This document shows positions 1 through 9,804 of a stretch of DNA of 64,000 bases, in pieces (within the stretch, counting starts at the first letter, position 1; each line of letters begins with the position of its first letter). This DNA is from Candidatus Bathyarchaeota archaeon (GTDB lineage Archaea > Thermoproteota > Bathyarchaeia > Bathyarchaeales > Bathycorpusculaceae): the NCBI GenBank assembly GCA_963806535.1, contig CAWDYC010000007.1, positions 128,001 through 192,000 on the forward strand, read 5' to 3'. The notes under the pieces were generated by a model. That model worked only from the letters and a program-made list of their open reading frames with translations, was not told where the DNA came from and did not search any database. The position numbers and the translations under genes were made by a program.

Positions 1-622
1 AGCGTTTAAGAAGACGTTGTTTCTGTTCTTCTTTAGAAAGGTGAAGAAAGAATTTTAGAACTATTGTACCATTTCGGACAAGATGGCGTTCATACATATT
101 TAAGTCATCATATCGTCGGTCCCAAAACCCTTTTCCCTCCAACTCCGGAGGAAGCTTTTGCTTCTCTAACACTTCAGGGCGAACTTTAACGATCAGAACG
201 TCTTCATAGTATGATCGATTGAAAATTCCGATGTTCCCCCTCTCCGGCAAAGCTTTTGTATATCGCCAAAGAAAATCGTGATTTAATTCTTCTTCCGAAG
301 GAGTCTTAAAGCTAGCCACGTGGCAACCCTGAGGATTAACCCCTGACATAACATGTTGGATTGTGCCATCTTTTCCCGCTGCATCCATGCCTTGCAAAAT
401 AATTAGCATAGAATAATTGCTACTTGCCCAAAGCAGCTCTTGTTTTTCAACCAGCTTTTCTCTATTAGCCTCGAGAATTTTTGATGCCTGTTCTTTTATC
501 GTTTTCTTGTCTTCTTTTTGTTCCTGGTCCTTAGCCCATTTCGGAATCCAAGCCGTATCAAAATCTTTTAAGCTGATTTTTTTGCCCAGAGGCACCTTAA
601 AAGCTTCAGCATCCGTTTGCAT
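1..622 (-). CDS. ppk2: Polyphosphate kinase 2 (PPK2 family, class III-like), runs off window start
   Basis: Manual translation: MQTDAEAFKVPLGKKISLKDFDT...LIILQGMDAAGKDGTIQHVMSGVNPQGCHVASFKTPSEEELNHDFLWRY...GIFNRSYYEDVL; alternative in-frame ATGs at 631/637. Confidence 0.9.
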   Translation of the reverse strand, partial: MQTDAEAFKVPLGKKISLKDFDTAWIPKWAKDQEQKEDKKTIKEQASKILEANREKLVEKQELLWASSNYSMLIILQGMDAAGKDGTIQHVMSGVNPQGCHVASFKTPSEEELNHDFLWRYTKALPERGNIGIFNRSYYEDVLIVKVRPEVLEKQKLPPELEGKGFWDRRYDDLNMYERHLVRNGTIVLKFFLHLSKEEQKQRLLKR

Positions 623-700
623 GAAAAACATCCTCATTGATTGTAGGTTACGCTACTTAATAACAGATACTACACTATCAAATAACCCAATGGTTGGCGA

Positions 701-955
701 TTACGTTTTTATATCAGCAGATTTTCCAAGAACGCAATAGTACATCTGGTCAAGATCGTATTTTTTAAAAACTAAGCAGTTAGGGCATAAACATCCAACG
801 GCTTTGGCCTTTTCCTTAGCTTTTCCTTTGGCACAAAAAAACCTATTGCTTAAGCTTGATTGTTTGTATGTTGGGCATGTAGGGCATGGGCAAGACTTTG
901 CAGTTTCCTCGTTGTCTGAAACTGGATTTCCCAAAATTATTACCGAAAAAAACAT
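701..955 (-). CDS. Small Cys-rich protein (DUF2769-like)
   Basis: CPCPTCPTY...FFCAKGK...GCLCPNCLV...YYC pattern. Confidence 0.7.
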   Translation of the reverse strand: MFFSVIILGNPVSDNEETAKSCPCPTCPTYKQSSLSNRFFCAKGKAKEKAKAVGCLCPNCLVFKKYDLDQMYYCVLGKSADIKT

Positions 956-1012
956 AATGGCTAAGTAATATATTGCTTGCGATTACTCGAGACAATGGAT
1001 GTTTGCCCCATT

Positions 1013-1324
1013 TTATATGACATATAAATCTTGTATGCTGACTAAACCGTTGTCTCCAATTATTCTTTTTAGTTCAGGAAGAAGCGGTTCAAGTTTTGAC
1101 TGTTCATCAATCACTTCAATTATTAGTGGCATGTTAACAGTTATGCCTTCAAGCTTTAATGTTGACTTGCCTCTTTTGCCAAAGCCATCAACGCCCGTCC
1201 AAACTGTGGCACCGCTTACTCTTGCTTTTACCAAAAAATCAATCACGAGACGCTCTAGCCGTTTCCCGCCAACCTCATCATTCTTCTTAATCCGAATTGT
1301 AACACTCCACATTTTTATCCGCAT
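1013..1324 (-). CDS. DUF190 PII-like protein (CrcB-associated)
   Basis: GATVWTGVDGFG...MPLIIEVID motif; overlaps the crcB stop. Confidence 0.85.
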   Translation of the reverse strand: MRIKMWSVTIRIKKNDEVGGKRLERLVIDFLVKARVSGATVWTGVDGFGKRGKSTLKLEGITVNMPLIIEVIDEQSKLEPLLPELKRIIGDNGLVSIQDLYVI

Positions 1325-1710
1325 CAGAAAACCCTCGCCATTACCTCGTTACCCAAGACTTTTCCGCCTGTGAGCGCACCAAGAGACAAACCCACATTGG
1401 CTAGTATGTTTAGTATTACAAGGATAAAGCGGTTGCCATCCATCAAGTTGCTGGTTTCAAGCGCAAAAGAGGACATCGTTGTGAAAGCACCACAAAAGCC
1501 TGTGGCTATCAACAAAGTATAATTTGAATTTAAGTTTAATGCAACTGCCAAGACTGAAAACAATCCAAGTATAAAGCTGCCCAGAACATTAACCGCCAAA
1601 ACATTGATGGGTAATCCCATGAAGGTCTGGGGAGAAGCAACAATAATGTATCGTAGAAAAGCTCCGACTACTGCGCCAACCGCTAAGAGAACGAATTCAA
1701 TCATTTTCAT
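1324..1710 (-). CDS. crcB: Fluoride export channel CrcB/Fluc
   Basis: GAFLRY, NVLGSFILG and GFCGAFTTMSSF motifs; 4 TM segments. Confidence 0.95.
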   Translation of the reverse strand: MKMIEFVLLAVGAVVGAFLRYIIVASPQTFMGLPINVLAVNVLGSFILGLFSVLAVALNLNSNYTLLIATGFCGAFTTMSSFALETSNLMDGNRFILVILNILANVGLSLGALTGGKVLGNEVMARVF

Positions 1711-1734
1711 GTTTACCTACCTGTATCTTATTTG

Positions 1735-1800
1735 GGTAGGCATTATCAGCATCCAAACGGAGCGGTTTTGACTATTCTTGTCAAGGCTAATGCCATAGCG
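1735..1800 (-). ncRNA. Fluoride riboswitch (crcB RNA motif)
   Basis: Minus strand GCTATGGCATTAGCC-TTGAC..GTCAA-AACCGC..GCTGATAATGCCTACC matches the consensus GGCGATGGNGTTCGCC..AACCGC..GCTGATGACNCCTAC; P1 GCTA/TAGC, pseudoknot GGCATT/AATGCC; directly upstream of crcB. Confidence 0.88.
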
Positions 1801-1927
1801 CAGATTTTGCTTCAAGAATCAAGCAAGCAGCTATTATACTTATTGGCTCTTGAATGCATGAATTTTTGTGTTTCCGAAACCTAAAATAAGCTGGCAACAA
1901 AATTATAGCCATTTGAGGTTTACACCT

Positions 1928-3182
1928 GTGTCATCTATCATCGAAGACCTCATTGCAAGAAAAGTTTTCAACAATCGAGGAGAAGAAACAATAGAGGTCG
2001 ACGTAATCACTAACGGCGGTTTTGGTAGAGCAGCTGCTCCAGCTGGAAAAAGCCGTGGAAAAGCTGAAGTAATTTATTATCCGCAAGGTGGAGTTGAAGC
2101 AGCTATAAAAAAAGTTGATGATTTAATTGCTCCCGAACTTGCTGGGTTAAATTCTGATTATCAAGAAGAAATAGACAACACGTTACACGAACTAGACGGT
2201 ACATCAGATTTCAAAAATATTGGCGGAAACACAGCTTTTGCAATTTCGCTGGCAAACGCTGAAGCTGCAGCAAACTCTCATGGGCTACTCTTATTCCAGT
2301 TTATTGGCGGAAACTCCGCAACCACATTGCCTTATCCTCTTGGAAACTGCTTAAGTGGCGGTCAACATGCAAGGGGTAAAGGACCAGACATTCAAGAATT
2401 CTTAGCGTTGCCGCATGGCGCTGAAAGTTTTCTTGAAGCACAAACAGCTAATACTCAAATTCACAAGAAACTTGGCGATGCATTAAAAAAGAAAAGCAGC
2501 CAGTTTAACGGTGGAAAAAGCGATGAAGGAGCATGGATATCTAACATCGACACTCTTGATGCGTTAGATGTAATGGCTAAAGTATGCGAAGAAGTTGGAA
2601 ATGAAGTAGATTTTGAATGTGGCTTTGGCACTAGATGTTGCTGCTTCTTCGCTTTGGAAACCAAAAGATGAAAAGTACGTTTATGAGAATGAAAGCAAGA
2701 AACGGGATACAGCCGAGCAGCTTGAGTTTATGCTGGAACTAATTGAGAAGTATCATCTTGCCTACGTGGAAGATCCCTTCCATGAAGAAGACTATGAAAG
2801 CTTCGCTGAATTAACCCGCAAAGCCAAAAACTGCTTAATATGCGGCGATGATTTATTTACAACGAATACTGAAAGGTTAAATAATGGAATCAAGATTAAC
2901 GCTGGAAATGCTATCATCATTAAAGTCAACCAGATAGGCACTCTGTCCGATGCTACTCTCACGATAGAAACTGCACAGCGACACGGTTATGACCCAGTGG
3001 TGTCACATCGCTCAGGAGACACTTGCGATTGGCACATTGCTCATTTGGCTGTTGCGTACAACTGCCCTCTAATCAAAACAGGTGTAGTAGAAGGCGCACG
3101 AATAGCCAAACTCAACGAGCTAATAAGAATTGAGCATTTCCTTGGGAACAGAGCCAAAATGGCTGATTTAAAAATACGCTAA
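1928..3182 (+). CDS. eno: Enolase (frameshift near 2630, probably artefact)
   Basis: N-part RGEETIEVDV, SDEG; C-part DVAAS, EDPF, GDDLF, IKVNQIGT, SHRSG, IKTG across two ORFs. Confidence 0.93.
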
Positions 3183-3198
3183 TAGAGAAAGTGAAAAA

Positions 3199-3972
3199 AT
3201 GTCAGAAGACGAAATTAAAGAAAACCAACCAGTAGAAAATGAAGAGGAACCCCAAGCAGAAAACATAGAGGAACCTGCACAAGAAGAAAACGTTGAAGAA
3301 GTTCAAGAAGAACAGCCCGTAGAAGAAGAAAAAGCTCAGGAAGCTCCGCCTACAGAGGAACTCCTCCTACCAAGAGACACACTACTCTCAGCAGGCATAC
3401 ACATTGGCACCCGAATGAAAACCTTAGATATGGAACCCTTCATCTACCGAGTAAGACCAGACGGATTATTCGTTCTTGACGTTAAAAAAACAGATGACCG
3501 AATAAGAGTCACCGCAAAGTTTCTCTCACGTTACGAGCATGCGAAAGTAGCGGTTGCTGCAACAAGACTTTATGCTCAAGAACCAATCAAAAAATTCTGT
3601 CAATTAACTGGCGCAACACCCTTAATCGGACGCTTTATACCTGGACAATTAAGCAATCCACAGTATCCAGGCAGAATAGATCCAGAAGTGATAGTTGTTT
3701 CTGACCCAAGAGCAGACGCTCAAGCAGTTAAAGAAGCATCAAAAGTCGGCATACCAATCGTAGCCCTATGCAGCACTGACAATGAATTCGCAGGCGTAGA
3801 CTTAGTAATTCCAACAAACAACAAAGGCCGAAGAGCATTAGCCGTAATATTCTGGCTTCTAGCAAGGCAAGTCCTTAGGGAAAGAGGCGAATTAGGACCA
3901 GACAGAGATCCACCAGCAACCATAGATGACTTCGAAGCAAAAGTCACACGGGAAGAGGAGGAGGAACCCTAA
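3199..3972 (+). CDS. rps2: 30S ribosomal protein uS2 with acidic N-terminal extension
   Basis: AGIHIGTR, GRFIPG, IPTNNKGRRAL motifs. Confidence 0.97.
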   Translation: MSEDEIKENQPVENEEEPQAENIEEPAQEENVEEVQEEQPVEEEKAQEAPPTEELLLPRDTLLSAGIHIGTRMKTLDMEPFIYRVRPDGLFVLDVKKTDDRIRVTAKFLSRYEHAKVAVAATRLYAQEPIKKFCQLTGATPLIGRFIPGQLSNPQYPGRIDPEVIVVSDPRADAQAVKEASKVGIPIVALCSTDNEFAGVDLVIPTNNKGRRALAVIFWLLARQVLRERGELGPDRDPPATIDDFEAKVTREEEEEP

Positions 3973-3976
3973 CCCG

Positions 3977-4828
3977 TTGCCGACGATTCGGCGTCCAAGT
4001 GTAGCAGGCCAATTTTATGAAGCCGACGCCGAAGCCCTCAGAGCACAAATTAAAGATTGTTTCCTCCATTCTATCGGTCCCCAAAAACTTCCAAAAGTAA
4101 ACTTGCACAGTCAACTAAGAAATATTGTTGGCATGATTTGTCCACATGCAGGGTACGTCTACTCTGGTCCTGTGGCAGCATCTGCTTATTTTGAGTTAGC
4201 GTTAGATGGCAAACCGGACACAGTTGTGCTTTTAGGCCCCAACCATACTGGGTACGGCAGCGCTTTAAGTCTAATGAGTGAAGGCGTTTGGCAAACACCA
4301 TTGGGTAATATAGAAATCGACTCCAAAATGGCAAATGAAATACTCAAAGAAACCAACATCGTTGATGTTGACGAGCTTGCACATCGTTACGAACATTCGC
4401 TTGAGGTGCAATTGCCCTTTTTACAGTTCCTCTATGGTAACACATTCAAGATTGTTCCAATCTGTTTCTTGATGCAGGACTATAACTCCGCTGTTGAAGT
4501 TGGACGAGCTCTTGAAGAGGTTCTAGATGCCACAAACTCTATAGTTATTGCTTCTTCGGATATGACACATTACGAGCCTGCAAAAACAGCAGCTGCAAAA
4601 GACGCAGCTGCACTTAAAGCAATTACAGATTTGGATGCAAAAAAATTCTATGAAACTGTTGAAAAACAAAACATCACGGCATGTGGATATGCACCCATAA
4701 CAGCCCTAGTCACCTATGCAAACGGCGTCTGTGCAAAAGCTCAGCTTTTGAATTACCATAACAGCGGCGACATAACAGGCGATCACTCAAGCGTAGTCGG
4801 ATATGCAGCAGTAAGCTTCAGAAAATAG
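3977..4828 (+). CDS. MEMO1 / AmmeMemoRadiSam protein B
   Basis: RRPSVAGQFY, PHAGYVYSG, GPNH, EHSLEVQLPF, SSDMTHY. Confidence 0.92.
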   Translation: MPTIRRPSVAGQFYEADAEALRAQIKDCFLHSIGPQKLPKVNLHSQLRNIVGMICPHAGYVYSGPVAASAYFELALDGKPDTVVLLGPNHTGYGSALSLMSEGVWQTPLGNIEIDSKMANEILKETNIVDVDELAHRYEHSLEVQLPFLQFLYGNTFKIVPICFLMQDYNSAVEVGRALEEVLDATNSIVIASSDMTHYEPAKTAAAKDAAALKAITDLDAKKFYETVEKQNITACGYAPITALVTYANGVCAKAQLLNYHNSGDITGDHSSVVGYAAVSFRK

Positions 4829-5211
4829 ACTATCGACTATTTTAGTCAAATTTCTTAACATCATGAGTTGGTATTAAGAAGTAACACCACTATCCAGATT
4901 GCTTTTATATAGCGATTGTAGGCATCAAGTTGTAACAACATTCTTTTATATTCATAGAATTGGTAAGCTGGTTATCTGAGAAGAATGCAAAAGGGTAGCC
5001 ATCAGTTAGGCGGTTTGGCTGCTAACATGAGAGAAGGCAACTTTGCCCACCACATTTCTCTGCCTTTTCTCTGATAGCACATGGCCTGACCAGCCTAACA
5101 CTTATTTTGCCCACTAATTCAAAACTGGAAACTTGTTTCTATCTGAAACGTCATTAAACGAATGTTTTTATTACTATTACGTAATAGCTTTCTTCCAAGG
5201 TGCAAATCTAG

Positions 5212-6153
5212 ATGGGCGAAGGCTCAGGTTATGGAAAAGTAATCTTATTTGGTGAACACTTCGTCGTTCACGGAGTGCCAGGTATCGTTTCAGCTATTGA
5301 TTCAACTACAGACGCTGAAGTCAAAAAAGGCTCGAAAGGGCTTCAAATTAACGATGAACGAAAAACCGCTAAAGGTTATAGCGAAGAAAAACGTCTCCAA
5401 CAAACCGAATCAATCGAGAAAATGCTAAAAGCAATGGGGCTCGATCCGAAAATTGGGCTTGACATTTGGATTGGCGGGACACTTCCAGGCTTTAGCGGGC
5501 TAGGCGCTTCAGCTGCAAGTAGCGTCGCCATCGCAAGAGCCATCGCACAGGAACTTGAAATGCAAATTCCGGATGAAAAAATAAATCAAATCGCATACGA
5601 AGCAGAAAAAGCATATGCTGGCAATCCTTCAGGAATAGATAATACCGCTGCAACTTACGGCGGGTTAATGTGGTTTAAAAAAGATGCGGCGGGCGGACCT
5701 GATAAAATAGAAAAACTTCATGTGCGCAGACCAATCGAGATCGTCATAGGTAGCACAGGCAAAGTGGCAAATACAAAAGCTATGGTCGAAGGCGTGGCGG
5801 AACGAAAAGCAAAGAACCCCCAAAAATACGATCCAATATTTAAACAAGCCGAAAACTTAGCCATTGCTGGTCGAAGAGCATTGGAAGCTTATGATATTAG
5901 AAAAGTCGGCGAGCTAATGAATGAAAACCATCGCCTTCTTCAAGAAATCGGAGTGTCCAGCAAAGAACTCGATATGCTAGTTGAGTTAGCTCGAAAGCAA
6001 GGAGCTTTTGGAGCGAAACTTACGGGTGGTGGCGGTGGAGGTTGTATGGTTGCAATTACGCCGGGAAAAGATTTGCAGGGGAAAGTTCTAAGCGCAATCA
6101 AAAGCCTAGGTTTTGAAGTTTTAAGCACAAAGATTGGTGTAGAAAAATACTGA
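5212..6153 (+). CDS. mvk: Mevalonate kinase
   Basis: GKVILFGEHFVVHG, GLGASAA, PSGID, GAKLTGGGGGG. Confidence 0.93.
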   Translation: MGEGSGYGKVILFGEHFVVHGVPGIVSAIDSTTDAEVKKGSKGLQINDERKTAKGYSEEKRLQQTESIEKMLKAMGLDPKIGLDIWIGGTLPGFSGLGASAASSVAIARAIAQELEMQIPDEKINQIAYEAEKAYAGNPSGIDNTAATYGGLMWFKKDAAGGPDKIEKLHVRRPIEIVIGSTGKVANTKAMVEGVAERKAKNPQKYDPIFKQAENLAIAGRRALEAYDIRKVGELMNENHRLLQEIGVSSKELDMLVELARKQGAFGAKLTGGGGGGCMVAITPGKDLQGKVLSAIKSLGFEVLSTKIGVEKY

Positions 6154-6165
6154 GGCTGATGCAAA

Positions 6166-7473
6166 ATGGGACTTAGAAGCTTTATTGAAGCATTGGATAA
6201 AAAGGGCGAACTAACCAGAATAACAAAACCAGTTTCCACTGAATTTGAGTTAGCAGGCATAATAAACGCTCTGGGAGAGAAACCAGTTTATTTTGAAAAA
6301 ATTAAAGAATCATATTATCCCGTTGTAGCTGGACTTGTTTCCTCAAAAAAACTAATTTCTAACGCTTTGGGAACATCAAAAGACAAATTGCTACCAAAGC
6401 TCTCCGACGCGATTGAACACCCCGTGAAGCCGCAACTCGTCGCGACGGGTAAGTGCCAAGAGGTTGTGGAAACCAACGTTGATTTATCTAGACTGCCAAT
6501 AATGCGTTACACTGAAAAAGATGGCGGAAAATACATAGCTTCTGCAGTAACTATCATAAATGACCCACAGCTGGGCAGAAACATGTGCTTCCACCGCCTT
6601 ATGCTTAAAGACAAAAACCACTTCGTAGCCCGCATCGTAGAAGACAGAGGAACCGACACAGCACTCAAAAAATCAGGCGGCGAACTCGACATAGCAATAT
6701 GCATCGGAAACTCAACGCCTGTACTGTTAGCAGCCGCCACGTCTCTTCCTAAAGGTGTAGATGAATTAGGAATGGCTAATGCGCTCGCAAAAACCGAGTT
6801 GATAAAGTGCAAAACTGTCGATTTAGAAGTCCCAGCAGACACCGAGTTTGTCCTAGAAGGACGCATAACCAAAGAGAAAGCCATAGAGGGACCATTCCTA
6901 GATTTGACAGGTGTTGTCGACAGGGTAAGACAACAACCAGTCGTGGAAATAAAATGTGTTACTCACCGAAAGAATCCCATTTATCAGACTATTCTAGCAG
7001 GAAAGAATGAGCACAAATTTCTAATGGGTATGCCAAAAGAACCAACGATCTACAAAGAAGTTAACAAGGTTTGCCAATGCAAAGACGTTTACATCACACC
7101 CGGAGGATGCAGTTGGCTTCATGCCGTTGTGCAAATCAAAAAGCAAAACGCGGACGATGGTAAAAAAGCAATTGCGGCAGCTTTTGAAGGTCATAAATCG
7201 CTTAAGCATTGCGTTATTGTGGATGAAGACATCAACATTTATGACCCACATGATGTAGAATGGGCAATTGCGACAAGGTTCCAAGCTGACAAAAATGCGG
7301 TTGTTCTGTCAAACCAGCCTGGTTCTTCGCTTGACCCTTCAGGAGATTTAACGGAAGGCAAGAAAGCCACAACCGCCAAAGCGGGCTTAGACGCTACTGC
7401 ACCACTTGTAATAACTGGCAAAGGCTTCAAAAAAGAAGATTACATTAAAGTAGATTTAAACAAGTATATGTGA
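6166..7473 (+). CDS. UbiD-family decarboxylase, likely anhydromevalonate phosphate decarboxylase
   Basis: UbiD motifs (EGPF, DINIYDPHDVEWAIATR, SSLDPS); mevalonate-cluster context. Confidence 0.85.
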   Translation: MGLRSFIEALDKKGELTRITKPVSTEFELAGIINALGEKPVYFEKIKESYYPVVAGLVSSKKLISNALGTSKDKLLPKLSDAIEHPVKPQLVATGKCQEVVETNVDLSRLPIMRYTEKDGGKYIASAVTIINDPQLGRNMCFHRLMLKDKNHFVARIVEDRGTDTALKKSGGELDIAICIGNSTPVLLAAATSLPKGVDELGMANALAKTELIKCKTVDLEVPADTEFVLEGRITKEKAIEGPFLDLTGVVDRVRQQPVVEIKCVTHRKNPIYQTILAGKNEHKFLMGMPKEPTIYKEVNKVCQCKDVYITPGGCSWLHAVVQIKKQNADDGKKAIAAAFEGHKSLKHCVIVDEDINIYDPHDVEWAIATRFQADKNAVVLSNQPGSSLDPSGDLTEGKKATTAKAGLDATAPLVITGKGFKKEDYIKVDLNKYM

Positions 7474-8678
7474 CCCATATGGAATTAACTAAACAAGAAC
7501 AGAAAATGCTTGAAGGCGCGGAAGGCTACGCTGTCCAGAAAAGCATGGAAATTCTCGTTGCCCTCGGCGAAATATTCGGCGCAAAGAGCCTAATCAAGGT
7601 CGGCAGCGTACAAGTCGCAGGAGTATCCTACCACAACCTGGGAGATGCAGGCTTAGAATTCCTCAATGAGTTAGCAAAAGACGGCAGAGTCAAAGTGTTA
7701 ACCACCCTGAACCCAGCAGGAATGGACCTAGAAAATTGGCAACAACTCGGAATTAGTCCAGAGTTTGCTGAAAAACAAAACCTTGTAATTGACGCTTTCA
7801 AACGCATGGGCATACTAATCAGCTGCACCTGCACTCCTTACTTGATTGGAAATTTACCGCTCTACGGCGAGCATGTTGCATGGTCAGAAAGCTCAGCAGT
7901 TACATTTGCAAACTCAGTGCTGGGCGCCAAAACGAATCGGGAAGGAGGACCATCTGCATTGGCGGCTGCTTTTGTGGGCAAAACACCTTGCTATGGTTTG
8001 CATTTGGATGAGAACCGTATTCCCGATGTTCATGTGCAAGTAAAAGCTGAAATAGCGAAGCTTTCAGATTGGGGAGCCTTGGGCTATGCCATCGGTAAAA
8101 AAGCAGAAAATAAAATTTCCTACATTACCGGCATAAAATCGGTTGACCTTGATGAGCTCAAGTCTTTTTGTGCTTCCGTTGTGACTTATGGCGCGAAACC
8201 TCTTTTTTACATGAAAGGTGTTACACCTGGAGCCGAATTGCAGAAGCAACCAAAAGAAACAATAACAATTGAGCAAGCTGACATCAAAAATGCTTACGAT
8301 AACATTAACGATGAAGTAAGCGATATTGAACTTGTCTGCGTCGGTTGTCCCCATTGTTCAATTAATGAAATCGCCAAAGTCGCGGAGTTGCTGAAAGGCA
8401 AAAGTGTGGCTGATGATACAGAGTTTTGGGTTGCGACTTCAAGATCGGCTAAGCAGTTGGCAGATAAAAGAGGTTACACCCAAGTCATTGAAGCGGCTGG
8501 AGCCAAGTTTGCCTGCGACACATGCATGGCAGTTGCACCATTAAAAGGAAGATTCAAATCGTTAGCAACAACCTCGGCTAAAGGCTGCTTTTATTCAAGA
8601 CAGAATAACATGAAAACAAAAATGGGAAGCATTGAAGAGTGCGTATCGGCAGCGGTGACTGGAAAATGGAACAGCTAA
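7470..8678 (+). CDS. Aconitase X catalytic subunit / phosphomevalonate dehydratase large subunit
   Basis: TTLNP, CTCTPY, WSESSA, GAKTNREGG, GCPH, DTC motifs. Confidence 0.88.
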   Translation: MTHMELTKQEQKMLEGAEGYAVQKSMEILVALGEIFGAKSLIKVGSVQVAGVSYHNLGDAGLEFLNELAKDGRVKVLTTLNPAGMDLENWQQLGISPEFAEKQNLVIDAFKRMGILISCTCTPYLIGNLPLYGEHVAWSESSAVTFANSVLGAKTNREGGPSALAAAFVGKTPCYGLHLDENRIPDVHVQVKAEIAKLSDWGALGYAIGKKAENKISYITGIKSVDLDELKSFCASVVTYGAKPLFYMKGVTPGAELQKQPKETITIEQADIKNAYDNINDEVSDIELVCVGCPHCSINEIAKVAELLKGKSVADDTEFWVATSRSAKQLADKRGYTQVIEAAGAKFACDTCMAVAPLKGRFKSLATTSAKGCFYSRQNNMKTKMGSIEECVSAAVTGKWNS

Positions 8679-9052
8679 AAGGCAGATTAATCTCAAAAGG
8701 CAAGGGCGAAGGAGAAGCCCTCGTAACTTCACAGTCCATATCATTCTACGGCGGAGTAGACCCAAATACAGGTATAGTTATCGAAAAAGGACATGAACTA
8801 CAGGGACAATGCATCAAAGGCAAAATCCTCGTTTTTCCCCAAGGAAAAGGCTCAACAGTTGGATCATACACACTCTACCGAATGAAGAAAAACGGCACCG
8901 CACCAGCAGGTATGATAAACAAGGAATGCGAAACAATAGTTGCTGTCGGAGCCATTATCAGCGAAATCCCATGCGTTGACAAAATTGACATCTCCAAAAT
9001 CAAAACAGGCAACAAAGTCACAATAGAAAATGGGATTGTTACCATTTTTTAG
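8666..9052 (+). CDS. Aconitase X swiveling domain (DUF126) / phosphomevalonate dehydratase small subunit
   Basis: ISFYGGVDPNTG, GKILVFPQGKGSTVGS. Confidence 0.88.
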   Translation: MEQLKGRLISKGKGEGEALVTSQSISFYGGVDPNTGIVIEKGHELQGQCIKGKILVFPQGKGSTVGSYTLYRMKKNGTAPAGMINKECETIVAVGAIISEIPCVDKIDISKIKTGNKVTIENGIVTIF

Positions 9053-9105
9053 TTTTTTTCTTAATTTTTGTTGAAAAACTTTTTTCACTAACTATTTGGG
9101 ACCGC

Positions 9106-9234
9106 TTACGTTGTAACCGCATGCCTCAATAACTCAGCCATTTCCTGCAAAAGAAAATGGCCACCAAAAGCAATCTTATGCCGCCTAGCCACAGCACCAT
9201 AGCGGTCTTGTTTTCCTTTTTTGCGCTCACTCAT
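9106..9234 (-). CDS. Possible 42-aa small protein
   Basis: MSERKKGKQDRYGAVARRHKIAFGGHFLLQEMAELLRHAVTT; higher-GC island in an AT-rich gap. Confidence 0.35.
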   Translation of the reverse strand: MSERKKGKQDRYGAVARRHKIAFGGHFLLQEMAELLRHAVTT

Positions 9235-9804
9235 AAGATCATTTTTGCTATTTTATGTTAGTTTCATTAGTTTTTGATTTGAAATTGAACTTAGGGGTTC
9301 AAAAATTTGATTGTTTTAAGAGGCAAATAAGGTTAGATTGGGCTTGAAATTGAAAATCTGGTTGAAACTGGTTCTAAGCGGTTCGAGATTTTGAACTGTT
9401 TCTATGGTTTAGCGTAGTGTTGTTTGAACTTGAGGTATGTTGAGAATTTGCGAGTTAGGGTTATCTACAGAGTTTTTGGTGTGTTGGAAAAATTTTTTTG
9501 CTGACGGGCGTTCGAAATGGCTTTTAAGAGATAAATCCATTGCCGGTTTGCTAGAAAAGTGATGTGATGCTTCCGAGTTTAATGTACCGTGGTTCGTTGT
9601 CGAATGAGGGTCTGCATAAGGAAAGCTTAGTTTCTTTCAGCACCTCTATAATTTCAATGGTTGCATAGAGCAAAAGATTTTTCGAAGCCTATGAGCATAC
9701 GCTGACGTTATAAGATTTATCTAGGCCACAGCTTTGCTTCGATAACGTTCTCGGTAATGCTTTTCAATAAGTGCTCTAATATCAAATGTAAAGGTGCAAA
9801 TAAA

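Noticed and set aside
2613-2671. Programmed frameshifting in enolase and pur genes
   Set aside because: No common slippery motif; breaks are scattered across many unrelated genes, so sequencing error is more parsimonious
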